The notes beneath the pieces were generated by a model that was not told the DNA's origin, did no database searches, and saw nothing but the letters and a program-made list of their open reading frames with translations. Positions 1-9,740 of a stretch of 64,000 nucleotides of DNA are shown piece after piece (position 1 is the first letter of the stretch; every line of letters begins with the position of its first letter). Source of the stretch: Deltaproteobacteria bacterium (GTDB taxonomy: Bacteria > Desulfobacterota > Desulfobaccia > Desulfobaccales > Desulfobaccaceae); the NCBI GenBank assembly GCA_019309545.1, contig JAFDGA010000023.1, forward strand, positions 1,320 to 65,319, written 5' to 3'. The position numbers and the translations under genes are program-made.

Positions 1-4
1 AATC

Positions 5-1186
5 ATGCCGACTCGAACCCCGATGGAAGTGTCGATCGCGGTGGCCAAAGCCGTGCAGCAAGCCGATGTCGATGTCATTGCGGCTTACCCCATTACTCCG
101 CAGACCCATATCGTGGAGCACTTGTCCGAACTGGTGGCTAATGGTGAGCTACAGGCCAACTTTATGAATGTCGAATCGGAACATTCAGCCATCAGCGCCA
201 TGGTCGGGGCTGCAGCCGCCGGGGCCAGCACCTTTACCGCCACCAGTTCCCAGGGGTTGGCGCTGATGCACGAAATTCTCTTCATTGCCTCCAGCCTGCG
301 GTTGCCTATCGTCATGGTGGTCGCCAACCGCGCCTTATCGGGGCCGATCAGCATCTGGAACGATCACAGCGATATCATGGCGGAACGGGACATCGGCTGG
401 ATTCAGGTCTTTTGTGAAAACGGTCAAGAGGCCTATGACTCTATCCTGCACGCCTTTCGGGTAGTGCGCGATCCCCATGTGCTGTTACCTATGGTGGTTA
501 ATATTGATGGCTTTAATCTGACCCATGTCATCGAACCGATCTATCTCTTTGACCAAGAAGAACTGGGTGATTATCTGCCGGAACACCGTCAGCAATTGAA
601 ACTGGATATCGACCATCCGGTGACTATGGGGCCGGTAGGCATCCCCGAGGTCTATACCGAAGCCAAAAAGCAGGTAGAAGACGCCTTGGTCAACTCGAAA
701 CAGACCATCCTGGCTGCCTGGCAGGAATTTGCCCGCCGTTTTGGCCGGACTTATGCTCCGATTGAAGCCTATCGGGTGGAAGGTGCCAAGATTCTGCTGA
801 TGACCATGGGGGTCATCAGCCGCACCGCCATGGGCGCGGTGGATCGTCTGCGGGAGAGGGGGAAGGCAGTGGGCCTGATCCGCTGCCGGCTGTGGCGGCC
901 GTTTCCGTTGCCGGAGTTTCGGGAGGCAGTGCGCCAGGCCAGCATTATTGCCGTGGTCGATCGCCATATTTCCCTGGGAGCCCACTCCGGGCCGGTGTGT
1001 CAGGAAGTGCGGTCGGCGCTCTATACCTTGCCGAACCGCCCCCAGGTATTTGGTTTTGTGCTGGGTTTAGGGGGCCGCGATGTTACCGTGCACGACTTCT
1101 TTGAGATCGTCGAACTGTCCGAACAATACGCCAGCCAAGGCCCTCCAGCCTCGGAATACACCCACATCGGCCTGAGGGAAGTATAA
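5..1186 (+). CDS. 2-oxoacid:ferredoxin oxidoreductase, alpha subunit (PorA/VorA-type)
   Basis: 393-aa ORF with conserved OFOR alpha-subunit blocks ([32 protein letters not shown]). Its TAA stop overlaps the ATG of the beta-subunit ORF (TAATG, 1184-1188). Substrate specificity is not decidable from sequence alone. Confidence 0.85.
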   Translation: MPTRTPMEVSIAVAKAVQQADVDVIAAYPITPQTHIVEHLSELVANGELQANFMNVESEHSAISAMVGAAAAGASTFTATSSQGLALMHEILFIASSLRLPIVMVVANRALSGPISIWNDHSDIMAERDIGWIQVFCENGQEAYDSILHAFRVVRDPHVLLPMVVNIDGFNLTHVIEPIYLFDQEELGDYLPEHRQQLKLDIDHPVTMGPVGIPEVYTEAKKQVEDALVNSKQTILAAWQEFARRFGRTYAPIEAYRVEGAKILLMTMGVISRTAMGAVDRLRERGKAVGLIRCRLWRPFPLPEFREAVRQASIIAVVDRHISLGAHSGPVCQEVRSALYTLPNRPQVFGFVLGLGGRDVTVHDFFEIVELSEQYASQGPPASEYTHIGLREV

Positions 1187-2229
1187 TGGAAACCGCACTG
1201 GATACTTTTGAGAAATTTGATCCGCAGCACTTGCCGGAGTTTGAGCCGCTGGCCCCGGGACACCGAGCCTGTCAGGGTTGCGGCGAAGTGTTGGCCCTCA
1301 GATTGGCGGCCAAGGCGTTGGGGCGGGAAATGATAGTGGTCAGCGCTACCGGCTGTATGGAAATCATCTCCTCGGCCTATCCCCAGACCGCCTGGCGGGT
1401 CCCCTGGCTGCATGTGGCCTTTGAGAACGCCGCGGCGGTGGCAAGTGGGGTTGAGGCAGCACTGCGCATCATGAAGGGAAAAGGCAAGATCACCCGGGAT
1501 GATATTCCCATCCTGGCCGTGGCCGGGGACGGCGGCACCGCCGATATCGGCCTCCAGGCCCTGTCCGGGGCATGGGAACGCGGCCATAACTTTATCTATC
1601 TCTGTCTAGATAACGAAGCCTACATGAATACCGGTATTCAGCGTTCCAGCCTGACCCCCTACGGCGCCGCTACCACCACTTCACCTCCTGGTAAATTATC
1701 GATTGGCGAAGGCCATTTCAAAAAAGATCTGCCGGCTATTGCCGTGGCCCACAAAATCCCTTACGTCGCCACCGTCAATCCGGCCTACTATCTCGACCTG
1801 ATGAACAAGGTGAAAAAGGCCGCGCTGATCCAGGGACCGGCGTATCTCCATGCCTTTTCTCCCTGTCCCACCGGGTGGCGACACGAGGGCCGCTATGCCG
1901 TGAAAATCGCCCGCCTGGCGGTTCAGACCCGGGTGTTCCCGTTATACGAAGTAATCAACGGCAAGTACTTCTTGAATCGCAAGGTCACCAAGCCCAAGCC
2001 GGTGCGGGAATACCTGAAGCTGCAAAGACGCTTTGCGCATCTGACCGAAGAGGACATTGAGATCATCCAGGAAAACGTCAATAATGAATATGACCGTCTT
2101 CTGAGACTGAGCGAGGAGGTTGATCTCGAAACCAAACTTACTACCAGTTTCCAGCAATACCTCGATCAACTCAAGCAGCAGATGGATGAGGCCTATAAGA
2201 AACTGCGGGAGGAATTTCAACATACCTGA
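1186..2229 (+). CDS. 2-oxoacid:ferredoxin oxidoreductase, beta (TPP-binding) subunit
   Basis: 347-aa ORF. N-terminal CQGCG cysteine cluster and TPP motif [11 protein letters not shown]...[10 protein letters not shown] are typical of OFOR beta subunits. It carries an extra ~45-aa charged helical C-terminal tail. Confidence 0.85.
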   Translation: METALDTFEKFDPQHLPEFEPLAPGHRACQGCGEVLALRLAAKALGREMIVVSATGCMEIISSAYPQTAWRVPWLHVAFENAAAVASGVEAALRIMKGKGKITRDDIPILAVAGDGGTADIGLQALSGAWERGHNFIYLCLDNEAYMNTGIQRSSLTPYGAATTTSPPGKLSIGEGHFKKDLPAIAVAHKIPYVATVNPAYYLDLMNKVKKAALIQGPAYLHAFSPCPTGWRHEGRYAVKIARLAVQTRVFPLYEVINGKYFLNRKVTKPKPVREYLKLQRRFAHLTEEDIEIIQENVNNEYDRLLRLSEEVDLETKLTTSFQQYLDQLKQQMDEAYKKLREEFQHT

Positions 2230-2287
2230 CAGCTAAGACTGGACGCACGGCTTCTAAAAATTTAATGTTTAAAAAGGAGATATAAAG

Positions 2288-3355
2288 ATGACCACCAAAG
2301 AAAGGCTTTACCTGTTAAGTTTTCAGGAGATCAGCCGGGCCGTCAGTTCCACCCTGTCGGTGCACGAGGTCATGGAGTTGATCGTCAACAAGATGACCGA
2401 GGTGATGAATCTCAAGGGTTGCACCATCCGCCTGGTCAACCCCCGGACCAACACCCTGGAATTGATGGCTTCTACCGGCATCAGTGAAAAATACCTGCAT
2501 AAAGGGCCGGTGGATATGGATAAGAGTGTCGCCGAGGCCTTAAGCGGCCGCCCGGTGGCGATTTATGATGCTACTAGCGATCCCCGCATGCAGTACCCTC
2601 AGGAGGCCAAAGAGGAAGGCATCGCCACCCTGGTGGCCATTCCCATTCTGGTAAAAGGCCAGGTTATCGGGGTCATGCGGCTGCTGACCTCAGAGCCCCG
2701 GGAATTTACCATGGATGAAGTGGAATTTGCCTGCGCGGTGGCCGAACTGGGGGGTCAGGCGATCATTAACGCCCAGATGTACGAAGCTCGTCTCAAAGAA
2801 CTGGAGTTGCTGAAAGCCCTGCAACAGGTCTCCAAGGCCATTAATTCCACCCTGGAAGTGCAGAAGATCCTCCATCTCTTAGTTAAGACTGCGACTACCG
2901 CCCTGGATATCAAGGCCGCGGCGGTGCGGCTCTTGGATGAAAAACGCCGCCGGATGGAGCTGGTCGCCAGTTACGGTCTGAGCGACCGCTATATCAACAA
3001 GGGCCCGGTTGAAGCCGATAAATCGATTGCCGAGGCCATGACCGGCAAAGCAGTGTCTATGTATGACGTCTCTTCCGATCCCCGGGCCCAGTATCCTCAG
3101 GCCTGCGCCGAGGAAGGCATCAGCTCCATCCTTTCAGTCCCGATCAGCCTGAAGGGTAATGTTATCGGAGTGTTGCGCATTTATAGCAGCGAACCCCGGG
3201 ATTATTCCGAAGATGAAATTACCTTCATTTCTTCCCTGGCCGAGCAAGCCGCCCTGGCCTTGGAGAACGCCCGCATGTATCAGAAACTTAAAGGCGAACA
3301 CGAGGAGATCATGAGCGATCTCTATCGCTTTACCGGTTTTACCCGCAGTATTTAG
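2288..3355 (+). CDS. tandem GAF-domain protein without recognisable output domain
   Basis: 355-aa ORF built from two internally similar halves (GPVDMDKSVAEALSGRPVAIYDATSDPRMQYPQEAKEEGIA vs GPVEADKSIAEAMTGKAVSMYDVSSDPRAQYPQACAEEGIS). The pattern is GAF-like. AGGAGA RBS about 7 nt upstream of the ATG; TAG stop. Confidence 0.65.
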   Translation: MTTKERLYLLSFQEISRAVSSTLSVHEVMELIVNKMTEVMNLKGCTIRLVNPRTNTLELMASTGISEKYLHKGPVDMDKSVAEALSGRPVAIYDATSDPRMQYPQEAKEEGIATLVAIPILVKGQVIGVMRLLTSEPREFTMDEVEFACAVAELGGQAIINAQMYEARLKELELLKALQQVSKAINSTLEVQKILHLLVKTATTALDIKAAAVRLLDEKRRRMELVASYGLSDRYINKGPVEADKSIAEAMTGKAVSMYDVSSDPRAQYPQACAEEGISSILSVPISLKGNVIGVLRIYSSEPRDYSEDEITFISSLAEQAALALENARMYQKLKGEHEEIMSDLYRFTGFTRSI

Positions 3356-3473
3356 ATCATAAGGACTAGGGGCTGATTTTAGCGCCGCGGCCCCTGGCCC
3401 GACTTATCGAGGCTGATCTAGGAAGGAGCTATCCATCCTCGTTTTCCAAGTCTAGCAATTTTTATTTAACTAT

Positions 3474-4568
3474 CTAGAATTTTCCCCCTAGGGGCGTGGC
3501 ATAGCCGGTAAGTTCGACATAGCCCTGGCCGCTCACCGGTTGGCCGAATCTGGTGCCGATGACCCGGACGCTTCCCTCCCAGTAAGTGATCCGGGTGCTC
3601 AGAGTGGTCACCAGTTCCTGGTCGGCGACCGTGGGAGTGATTTTCAGTTTGTAGCCCGACTGTGGAATGGCAATCTGCCAGCCCGCCGGGTAGCGGGCCC
3701 CGGAATGCCGGGATTGCCAGGTAGCCGTGGTTCGGACCTGAAAATCCGCCAATTTCAGATGGCGGCCGCGACCCTGGGCATCGACCAGGGTCCCGGAAGA
3801 ATGGGGATCAACACCTCCGTCCCGGTGGCGCAGCAGATATAGCATAATCTCCTGCCCGTCCGCGAGTTGCAGGGCGAACCAGTCCCAACCCACCTGGTAG
3901 TCTTTCAGATGGCTGCTGCTGAACTCATGATCCATCCAGCTCTCACCCCGGACCGGAATAGTGCGGCCATGATAAGTCAATTGGCCCTGGGTGGCCAGAC
4001 GGGTAAAGGAATAATAGTGGCTGGCAAACCCGGCTCCTTCGGCCTTCTGGCTGATATTGTCGGCGCCGTGCACCACTAAAGGCTTTTCCGGGCTGAGCGA
4101 CAGCGCCAGGGTTAATTCCGGCGATCGGGCCTGTAGTTGGTGAATCTGACCGTGGAGTTTGACCTGCCAATCATTGATCCACACCCGGTAGCGGTCGGTA
4201 GCCGCCCCCGACATGCCCAGCGCCCCCCGGCCCACCTTTTCCTTATAAAAAAAAGTTCCCCGGTTAATATCGGTCAGGGCCAGATGGGCAAAATAAAGCG
4301 TGTGCAATGCCCAGGCGGAGCGGGCCTCAGGATCCGGTTTCTTCAAACCCACCCGGAAAAAGGTCAGCTCGTAACCGAACCGTTCGCCACCATCAATGGC
4401 TTCCAGATGACCGGTGTAATACCACCACTCAGTCTTAAAATCAGGATGCGCGGCGTGATCTTGGGGAAATTGAAAGGGCCGCCCCGGCAAGGCCATCTTA
4501 AAATCGCCCCCAGCAGCCAGGGCCACCCAGCCTAGGACCAGAATTAGCGCGGCGATCAAGGCGCCCAT
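3474..4568 (-). CDS. CrtC/AttH-like lipocalin-domain protein (hydroxyneurosporene-synthase-like family), membrane anchored or secreted
   Basis: The track ORF 3474-4760 is trimmed to ATG 4568 (MGALIAALILVLGWVALAAG hydrophobic N-terminus), because the longer version overlaps the preceding gene. FPQDHAAHPDFKTEWWYYTGHL and YELTFFR blocks are characteristic of this family. TAG stop. Confidence 0.6.
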   Translation of the reverse strand: MGALIAALILVLGWVALAAGGDFKMALPGRPFQFPQDHAAHPDFKTEWWYYTGHLEAIDGGERFGYELTFFRVGLKKPDPEARSAWALHTLYFAHLALTDINRGTFFYKEKVGRGALGMSGAATDRYRVWINDWQVKLHGQIHQLQARSPELTLALSLSPEKPLVVHGADNISQKAEGAGFASHYYSFTRLATQGQLTYHGRTIPVRGESWMDHEFSSSHLKDYQVGWDWFALQLADGQEIMLYLLRHRDGGVDPHSSGTLVDAQGRGRHLKLADFQVRTTATWQSRHSGARYPAGWQIAIPQSGYKLKITPTVADQELVTTLSTRITYWEGSVRVIGTRFGQPVSGQGYVELTGYATPLGGKF

Positions 4569-4569
4569 A

Positions 4570-5316
4570 CTAAACAGCCCTGGCCGACGGGTCCCACCGC
4601 AAGTTATTCTCCCCCGCCTGTTTGTAATCACCGGCCTGCTCATAGTTGAGCTTGAGACCGCGGTATAGCTCTTCGACGCGGGCATAGTCTTGCCCGCGAA
4701 CATGGGACTTCGGATCGAGGCGATAAGTAAGCCGCCTCCAGATGAAGGGTTCTTTATCACGTAATAAGACCTCGATATACCGCCTCTCGGCCATGTAAAG
4801 AATGCCAGGAGATATTCTTGACTTCTAGGCGCCCCATATCGGTGCCGGAGAATTCAGCCTCGGCCAGCGACAGGTCTTGAAATAGCACACCCCTGGTTCC
4901 CGGTCAAAGGCAAGGTTACGGAAATCGGCCTGAAAAGGCCTATTAGAATGAAAAATTGCTCGATCAGTAAATTTTGCGATCCTAAATCCAGCCACACCAT
5001 TAAATTTGGTCACCATAAAGTTAGCTGTACCAGCAAATTCGGCCTACCCAAAGTAAGCCGCAGCAAATTCGGTCTCCCTAAATTTGGCTGATTTGTCGCA
5101 TACTTGCCCAGCAAAAGAGACCGGGCCAGAGAAGAAGACTCCCCTAAAATCATAGTCTGCCGTTGAGAGTTTCTCCTGAAGCGCGGGGTCAAAGGCAGTG
5201 CCATCTTTATCCGGCTGCCGGGAGTGGAGGATACACAACCCCTCGGTATCGGATGCCAAGGCAGGCAATTGGCACTTGATCATGGGTTTTCTTTGGTGGA
5301 TCTGGCAGATTATCAA
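4570..5316 (-). pseudogene. pentapeptide-repeat protein interrupted by two in-frame TAG codons
   Basis: ORFs 5044-5316, 4825-5016 and 4570-4794 share one reading frame and are separated only by TAG at 5044-5046 and 4825-4827. A Cys/His-rich N-terminus is followed by A(D/N)(L/F)xx-type repeats that run straight through the first TAG (AKFRETEFAAAYFG*AEFAGTANFMVTKFNGVAGFRIAKFTDRAIFHSNRPFQADFRNLAF). Confidence 0.6.
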
Positions 5317-5320
5317 AATC

Positions 5321-6211
5321 TCAGCTCAGATAACGATCCAAGCCCTCCTTGAAAGAGATCGGTTCAAGGCCGAAGTCCTGGTAGAAGGCGGTCGGGTCGC
5401 AGGTGCTGCCTTCCAAGAGCATGCGAATCTGGCCGGGGGTCAGCGGGAACCAGGCAAAGCGGCCCAAATAACCGGCCAGCCAGTGCATCATCCCCACCGG
5501 CAGGTGCACCTTGAAGACCCAGCGGTGTAATACCTGGCCCAGGGTATTGATGACTTCATTGAAAGTCAGCGGTTCCGGGCCGCCGACGTCATAGATGCGG
5601 TTTTCGGTGGCAGGCTTTTCCAGGGCCAGGGCAAAGGCTTGGGCCATGGTCCACACCGGCACCGGCTGCATCTGATAGCGGCCATCGCCGATGATCGGCA
5701 CGATCCGATGGGTCTTGATCTGGCGGACAAACAGATTGATCGACTGGTCCTCTGGGCCGTAAATCACCGATGGCCGGAAAATGGTATAGGTCAGGCCCGA
5801 ACCTTGGACATATTCATCGGCCCGGTAGTTGGTGACATGGTAAGGATCAGCAGGAGCGGGGCGAGCTCCCAGGGCGCTCATGTGCAGATAGCGCTGTACT
5901 CCCGCGGCCTGGGCGGCCTCCACCACGTGCTGGGTGGCGTCCTGGTGGAGCTTTTCAAAGGTCACCCCGCGTCCGGGAAATTCCCGGATGATTCCCACCA
6001 AATGGATAACCGCATCACAGTCTTTGACCGCGGGCGGCAAGGTGTCGGGGTGGGTAACGTCGCCCGGGGCTACCTCTACCTGATTGAGCGCTTTTAATTT
6101 TTTCTCGGAGCCTCGGCGCAGCAGACACCGGACCCGGTGCCCCCGGGCCAATAATTCGGCGACCACCTGATTGCCGACAAATCCGCTGCCACCGGTGACC
6201 AGAACCAGCAT
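5321..6211 (-). CDS. NAD(P)H-binding atypical SDR (NDUFA9/NmrA-like) family protein
   Basis: 296 aa. N-terminal Rossmann motif VLVTGGSGFVGNQVV; length and layout typical of this SDR subgroup. Confidence 0.75.
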   Translation of the reverse strand: MLVLVTGGSGFVGNQVVAELLARGHRVRCLLRRGSEKKLKALNQVEVAPGDVTHPDTLPPAVKDCDAVIHLVGIIREFPGRGVTFEKLHQDATQHVVEAAQAAGVQRYLHMSALGARPAPADPYHVTNYRADEYVQGSGLTYTIFRPSVIYGPEDQSINLFVRQIKTHRIVPIIGDGRYQMQPVPVWTMAQAFALALEKPATENRIYDVGGPEPLTFNEVINTLGQVLHRWVFKVHLPVGMMHWLAGYLGRFAWFPLTPGQIRMLLEGSTCDPTAFYQDFGLEPISFKEGLDRYLS

Positions 6212-6231
6212 AGGTACCCTCCCGTTTAATG

Positions 6232-6612
6232 TCAGGTTTCCAGCACCACCACCGCCACCCCGTACTCGCCCTCGTCGCTCAGGGTAACCAGCATCGCCCG
6301 GATACCGGCCTGCTGGCAGAGCTCAGCGGCTCGGCCGTAGATCCGCAAATCCGGTCGCCCGGAAGGGGCTGGCACCACCTCTACCTCCCGCCAGCGAATG
6401 CCATTCTGCCGCAGACCCACCCCCAGGGCTTTGGAAAAGGCCTCTTTGGCCGCAAAACGCAGCGCCAGATTGCTCTTCGGTCTAGCCCGTGCCTGGCAGT
6501 AGGCGATTTCTTGGGGGGTGAAGACCCGTTTCAGAAAACGGTCCCCAAATCGGGTCACGGTGGCGGCCAGACGCGAGATTTTGACCAGATCAACCCCGAT
6601 ACCGTAGATCAT
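6232..6612 (-). CDS. acpS: holo-[acyl-carrier-protein] synthase
   Basis: 126 aa. MIYGIGVDLVKISR N-terminus and FAAKEAFSKALG block are typical of AcpS-type 4'-phosphopantetheinyl transferases. Confidence 0.85.
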   Translation of the reverse strand: MIYGIGVDLVKISRLAATVTRFGDRFLKRVFTPQEIAYCQARARPKSNLALRFAAKEAFSKALGVGLRQNGIRWREVEVVPAPSGRPDLRIYGRAAELCQQAGIRAMLVTLSDEGEYGVAVVVLET

Positions 6613-6634
6613 AATTTGTTATCCATATTCTGTC

Positions 6635-6658
6635 GGGGCCACCCGCCGGGTCGCCCCC
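6635..6658. repeat. short GC-rich hairpin repeat (GGGGCCACCCGCCGGGTCGCCCC type)
   Basis: Shares the 17-mer ACCCG(C/G)CGGGTCGCCCC with 34634-34663. Located between the lon stop and the acpS start. Confidence 0.45.
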
Positions 6659-6662
6659 AGTA

Positions 6663-9068
6663 TTACCCCAGTTTCGGGGGATGATTGCTGAAGGCAATCT
6701 CCAAAACCTGGTCCATCCGCTCCACCAGGTGAAACTTAAGCCGCTTTTTTACATTCTCGGGTATCTCTTCGAGATCTTTGTCATTCCGGGCCGGGAGGAT
6801 AATCTCCCGAAGACCGGCGCGGTGCGCCGCCAGCACCTTGTCCTTAATGCCGCCGACCGGCAGGACATGGCCCCGCAAGGTAATCTCGCCGGTCATGGCC
6901 AGCCCCTTTTTTACCGGCCGGTCAGATAACAGTGATACCAGGGCGGTGAGCATTGCCACTCCGGCGGAAGGACCGTCCTTGGGGATGGCCCCGGCCGGGA
7001 CATGGATATGGATATCGGTTTTGTCGAAGAAATCCTCGGCCACCCCTAAATAAGGGCCGCGGGCCCGGATATAGCTCAGGGCAGCATCGGCCGATTCTTT
7101 CATAACCTCCCCCAGTTGCCCGGTGAGTTTGAGGCGGCTGTTGCCTGGCATGCGCAGGGCTTCAATAAACAGGATTTCTCCGCCGGTCGGGGTCCAGGCC
7201 AGACCGGTTGCCACTCCCGGTTCGGGATGTTCCAGGGCTGGCTCCCGGTAGAAGCGCAAAGGCCCCAAATAGGCTGGAATCTCGGCTTCGGTAATCCGCT
7301 TCTGGGTGCAAAGGCCCTCAGCGATTTCCCGGGCGACGCCCCGGCAGAGGGCGGCAATCTCCCGCTCCAGGTTCCTCAACCCGGCCTCTCGGGTATATTC
7401 GGCGATCACCCGCCGCATGGCCTCGGGGGTAATCTCCAGTTGCTCGGGTTGCAGGCCGTGGGCCGCCAGTTGCCGAGGTAGCAGGTAATCATAGGCAATC
7501 TGCAGTTTCTCCTCTTCGGTATAGCCCGGCAGTTCCAGGACTTCCATACGGTCCCGCAAGGCTGGAGGGATGGTGTCCAGCATGTTGGCGGTGGTGAGAA
7601 ACATCACCTTCGACAGGTCAAAGCCGACTTCCAGATAATGGTCGGAAAAGGAGAAATTCTGTTCCGGGTCCAGGACCTCGAGCAGTGCCGAGGATGGGTC
7701 GCCCCGGAAATCGGCGCCGATTTTGTCGATTTCATCCAGGATAAACACCGGGTTGTTGCTACCGGCGCGGCGGATGCTCTGGATGATGCGCCCTGGCAAG
7801 GCCCCCACGTAGGTCCGCCGGTGGCCACGGATCTCAGCTTCATCCCGAACGCCGCCCAGAGACATACGGACAAACTTGCGGCCCAAGGCCCGGGCAATGG
7901 ATTTCCCTAGCGAGGTCTTGCCGGTGCCGGGCGGCCCCACAAAACAGAGGATCGGCCCCTTCATGTCGGGCTTCAGTTTGCGCACCGCCAGATATTCCAG
8001 GATGCGCTTTTTGACCTTTTCTAGGTCATAGTGATCTTCATCCAGAATGCGGCGGGCCTGCTGCAGATCCAAGTTGTCTTCGGTGGCCACATTCCAGGGT
8101 AACTCGATCATCCACTCCAGATAAGTACGGATGACCTGATGATCGGGAGAGGTGGGCGGGATCCGGCTGAGGCGGTTCAGCTCGCGCTCGGCCTCCTTGA
8201 AGGCCGCTTCCGGGAGCTGACTATCTTCCAGCCGGGTCCGCAGTTCCTCAATTTCCCGGGTGCGGTCATCGACCTCGCCCAGCTCTTTCTGGAGGGCCTT
8301 GATCTGTTCCCGGAGGTAGTAATCCCGTTGTGCTTTATCTATCTCCCCTTTGACCTGGTTCTGGATTTTTTTGCCCAACTCGAGGATCTCCATCTCTCGA
8401 TTAACCAGGCTCAAAACCTTGCGCAGGCGTTCCTTGACGTCGATGGTTTCCAGCAGATTCTGTTTATCGTTCTTGGCAATATTCATGCTGCCGCCGATGA
8501 CATCGGCAAGGACCCGAGGATCATCGATCTCCCGAACCATGGCCCCCAGTTCCGTAGGCAGATAGGGCGACAGCTCCAACATTTTCAGAAACAGGCCCTT
8601 GACGTTGGAGACCATGGCTTCGATCTCCATGTCGGACTCAAAGTCCTCAGAGATCGGCGTCACCCGGGCCTGTAAATAAGGTTCCTGGGCCACCACCTCT
8701 TCCACCCGGAAACGATACAGCCCCTGAATCAACAGACGCAACACATCGTCCTGGGTTTTGCCCATCTTTAAGATTACCGCGGCGGTGCCGACTTTATGAA
8801 GATTTTCCAGGGTCGGGGCCTCTATGGTGGGTTGGCGGCTGGCCAGGATGCCAATGATTTTATCTTTTAGTAGGGTTTCATCCACTAGATGCTGGGCTGA
8901 GTCCTCCCACACCGTCAACGGGATTACCACCCGAGGAAAGAGCACCAGCTCGTTCATGGGCAGAATGGGCAATAACCGGGAGGCCTCGGCCTCAGTGGCC
9001 GCAGGGATTTCCGGTAGCGCCGATTCTGTCTTTAAGTTTTTCGGTAAGCTCATATTAATATTTTCCAT
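6663..9068 (-). CDS. lon: ATP-dependent Lon protease (endopeptidase La)
   Basis: 801 aa. Lon N-domain, AAA+ Walker A GPPGTGKTS, and C-terminal protease domain with PKDGPSAG catalytic-serine block. Confidence 0.95.
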   Translation of the reverse strand: MENINMSLPKNLKTESALPEIPAATEAEASRLLPILPMNELVLFPRVVIPLTVWEDSAQHLVDETLLKDKIIGILASRQPTIEAPTLENLHKVGTAAVILKMGKTQDDVLRLLIQGLYRFRVEEVVAQEPYLQARVTPISEDFESDMEIEAMVSNVKGLFLKMLELSPYLPTELGAMVREIDDPRVLADVIGGSMNIAKNDKQNLLETIDVKERLRKVLSLVNREMEILELGKKIQNQVKGEIDKAQRDYYLREQIKALQKELGEVDDRTREIEELRTRLEDSQLPEAAFKEAERELNRLSRIPPTSPDHQVIRTYLEWMIELPWNVATEDNLDLQQARRILDEDHYDLEKVKKRILEYLAVRKLKPDMKGPILCFVGPPGTGKTSLGKSIARALGRKFVRMSLGGVRDEAEIRGHRRTYVGALPGRIIQSIRRAGSNNPVFILDEIDKIGADFRGDPSSALLEVLDPEQNFSFSDHYLEVGFDLSKVMFLTTANMLDTIPPALRDRMEVLELPGYTEEEKLQIAYDYLLPRQLAAHGLQPEQLEITPEAMRRVIAEYTREAGLRNLEREIAALCRGVAREIAEGLCTQKRITEAEIPAYLGPLRFYREPALEHPEPGVATGLAWTPTGGEILFIEALRMPGNSRLKLTGQLGEVMKESADAALSYIRARGPYLGVAEDFFDKTDIHIHVPAGAIPKDGPSAGVAMLTALVSLLSDRPVKKGLAMTGEITLRGHVLPVGGIKDKVLAAHRAGLREIILPARNDKDLEEIPENVKKRLKFHLVERMDQVLEIAFSNHPPKLG

Positions 9069-9115
9069 TTAACTTGATAATCTCGTATTAAGGAAGCCAG
9101 GGAGCGCATCCTGCA

Positions 9116-9562
9116 CTATTCTTCCTTTACGGGAATGGTTTTAGCCGGAGAAGGCCGACGGAAGGGCAGGCGCACTTCCAGGATGCCGTTATTATATTCC
9201 GCCCGAACCTGGCTCTCCTCAATTAATTTCGGAATCTGAAAGGTCCGGTCAAACAGGCCGTAGTCTATTTCCAGTTGCAAAAACCGCTGGACTGGATCAT
9301 TGGTAAAGAACCGCCGCCGACCGCTGATGTTTAACTGCTGTTGGTTCAGGGTAAGAGACAATTCCTCCTTAATTACCCCGGCCAGTTCCATGCGCAGGAC
9401 CATTTCGTCGGGAGTTTCGTAAACATCGACCGCGGGTCGGAACCGAGGCAGGGGTGAAGCTACAAAGGGATTCACCGGACCGAACAGGTTTTCCATCATC
9501 CGGCGCATCTGCTCTTCCAAGCGCTCAAAATCCTTGGCAATGCGAATTCTAATGGAGCCCAT
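9116..9562 (-). CDS. Hsp20/alpha-crystallin family small heat-shock protein
   Basis: Alpha-crystallin-type core (VDVYETPDEMVLRMELAGV ... AEYNNGILEVRLP). Start moved to ATG 9562, which has a GAGGAG RBS 7 nt upstream. Lies immediately upstream of lon on the same strand. Confidence 0.85.
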   Translation of the reverse strand: MGSIRIRIAKDFERLEEQMRRMMENLFGPVNPFVASPLPRFRPAVDVYETPDEMVLRMELAGVIKEELSLTLNQQQLNISGRRRFFTNDPVQRFLQLEIDYGLFDRTFQIPKLIEESQVRAEYNNGILEVRLPFRRPSPAKTIPVKEE

Positions 9563-9740
9563 CGAGGCTCTCCTCACAAATTATTTTCCCATTTTAAGGT
9601 GACCGCAGGCCGCAGCCGAGAGTCAATCATCGGAATTGAATTAATGTTAAGGCAGGATAACTCTTTTGTAAAGAGTAAGTTAAGGTTTTTGGCGGGCGAC
9701 AAATTTTCCCTGATAATCAAAGGCAGCAAAATTGGGGCTA

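Noticed and set aside
3474-4760. Full 428-aa version of the AttH-like ORF
   Set aside because: The first 64 codons overlap the terminal segment of the upstream pentapeptide-repeat frame and encode a low-complexity Ser/Gly/Arg string. ATG 4568 yields a proper hydrophobic N-terminus right after the neighbour's stop.
4825-5046. In-frame TAG codons as evidence for pyrrolysine or a reassigned genetic code
   Set aside because: TAG terminates apparently intact genes in the same window (GAF protein at 3353-3355, AttH-like gene at 3474-3476). No pyl genes or methylamine methyltransferases are visible. Pentapeptide proteins have no known Pyl requirement. I kept only the observation that the damage is stop-only.
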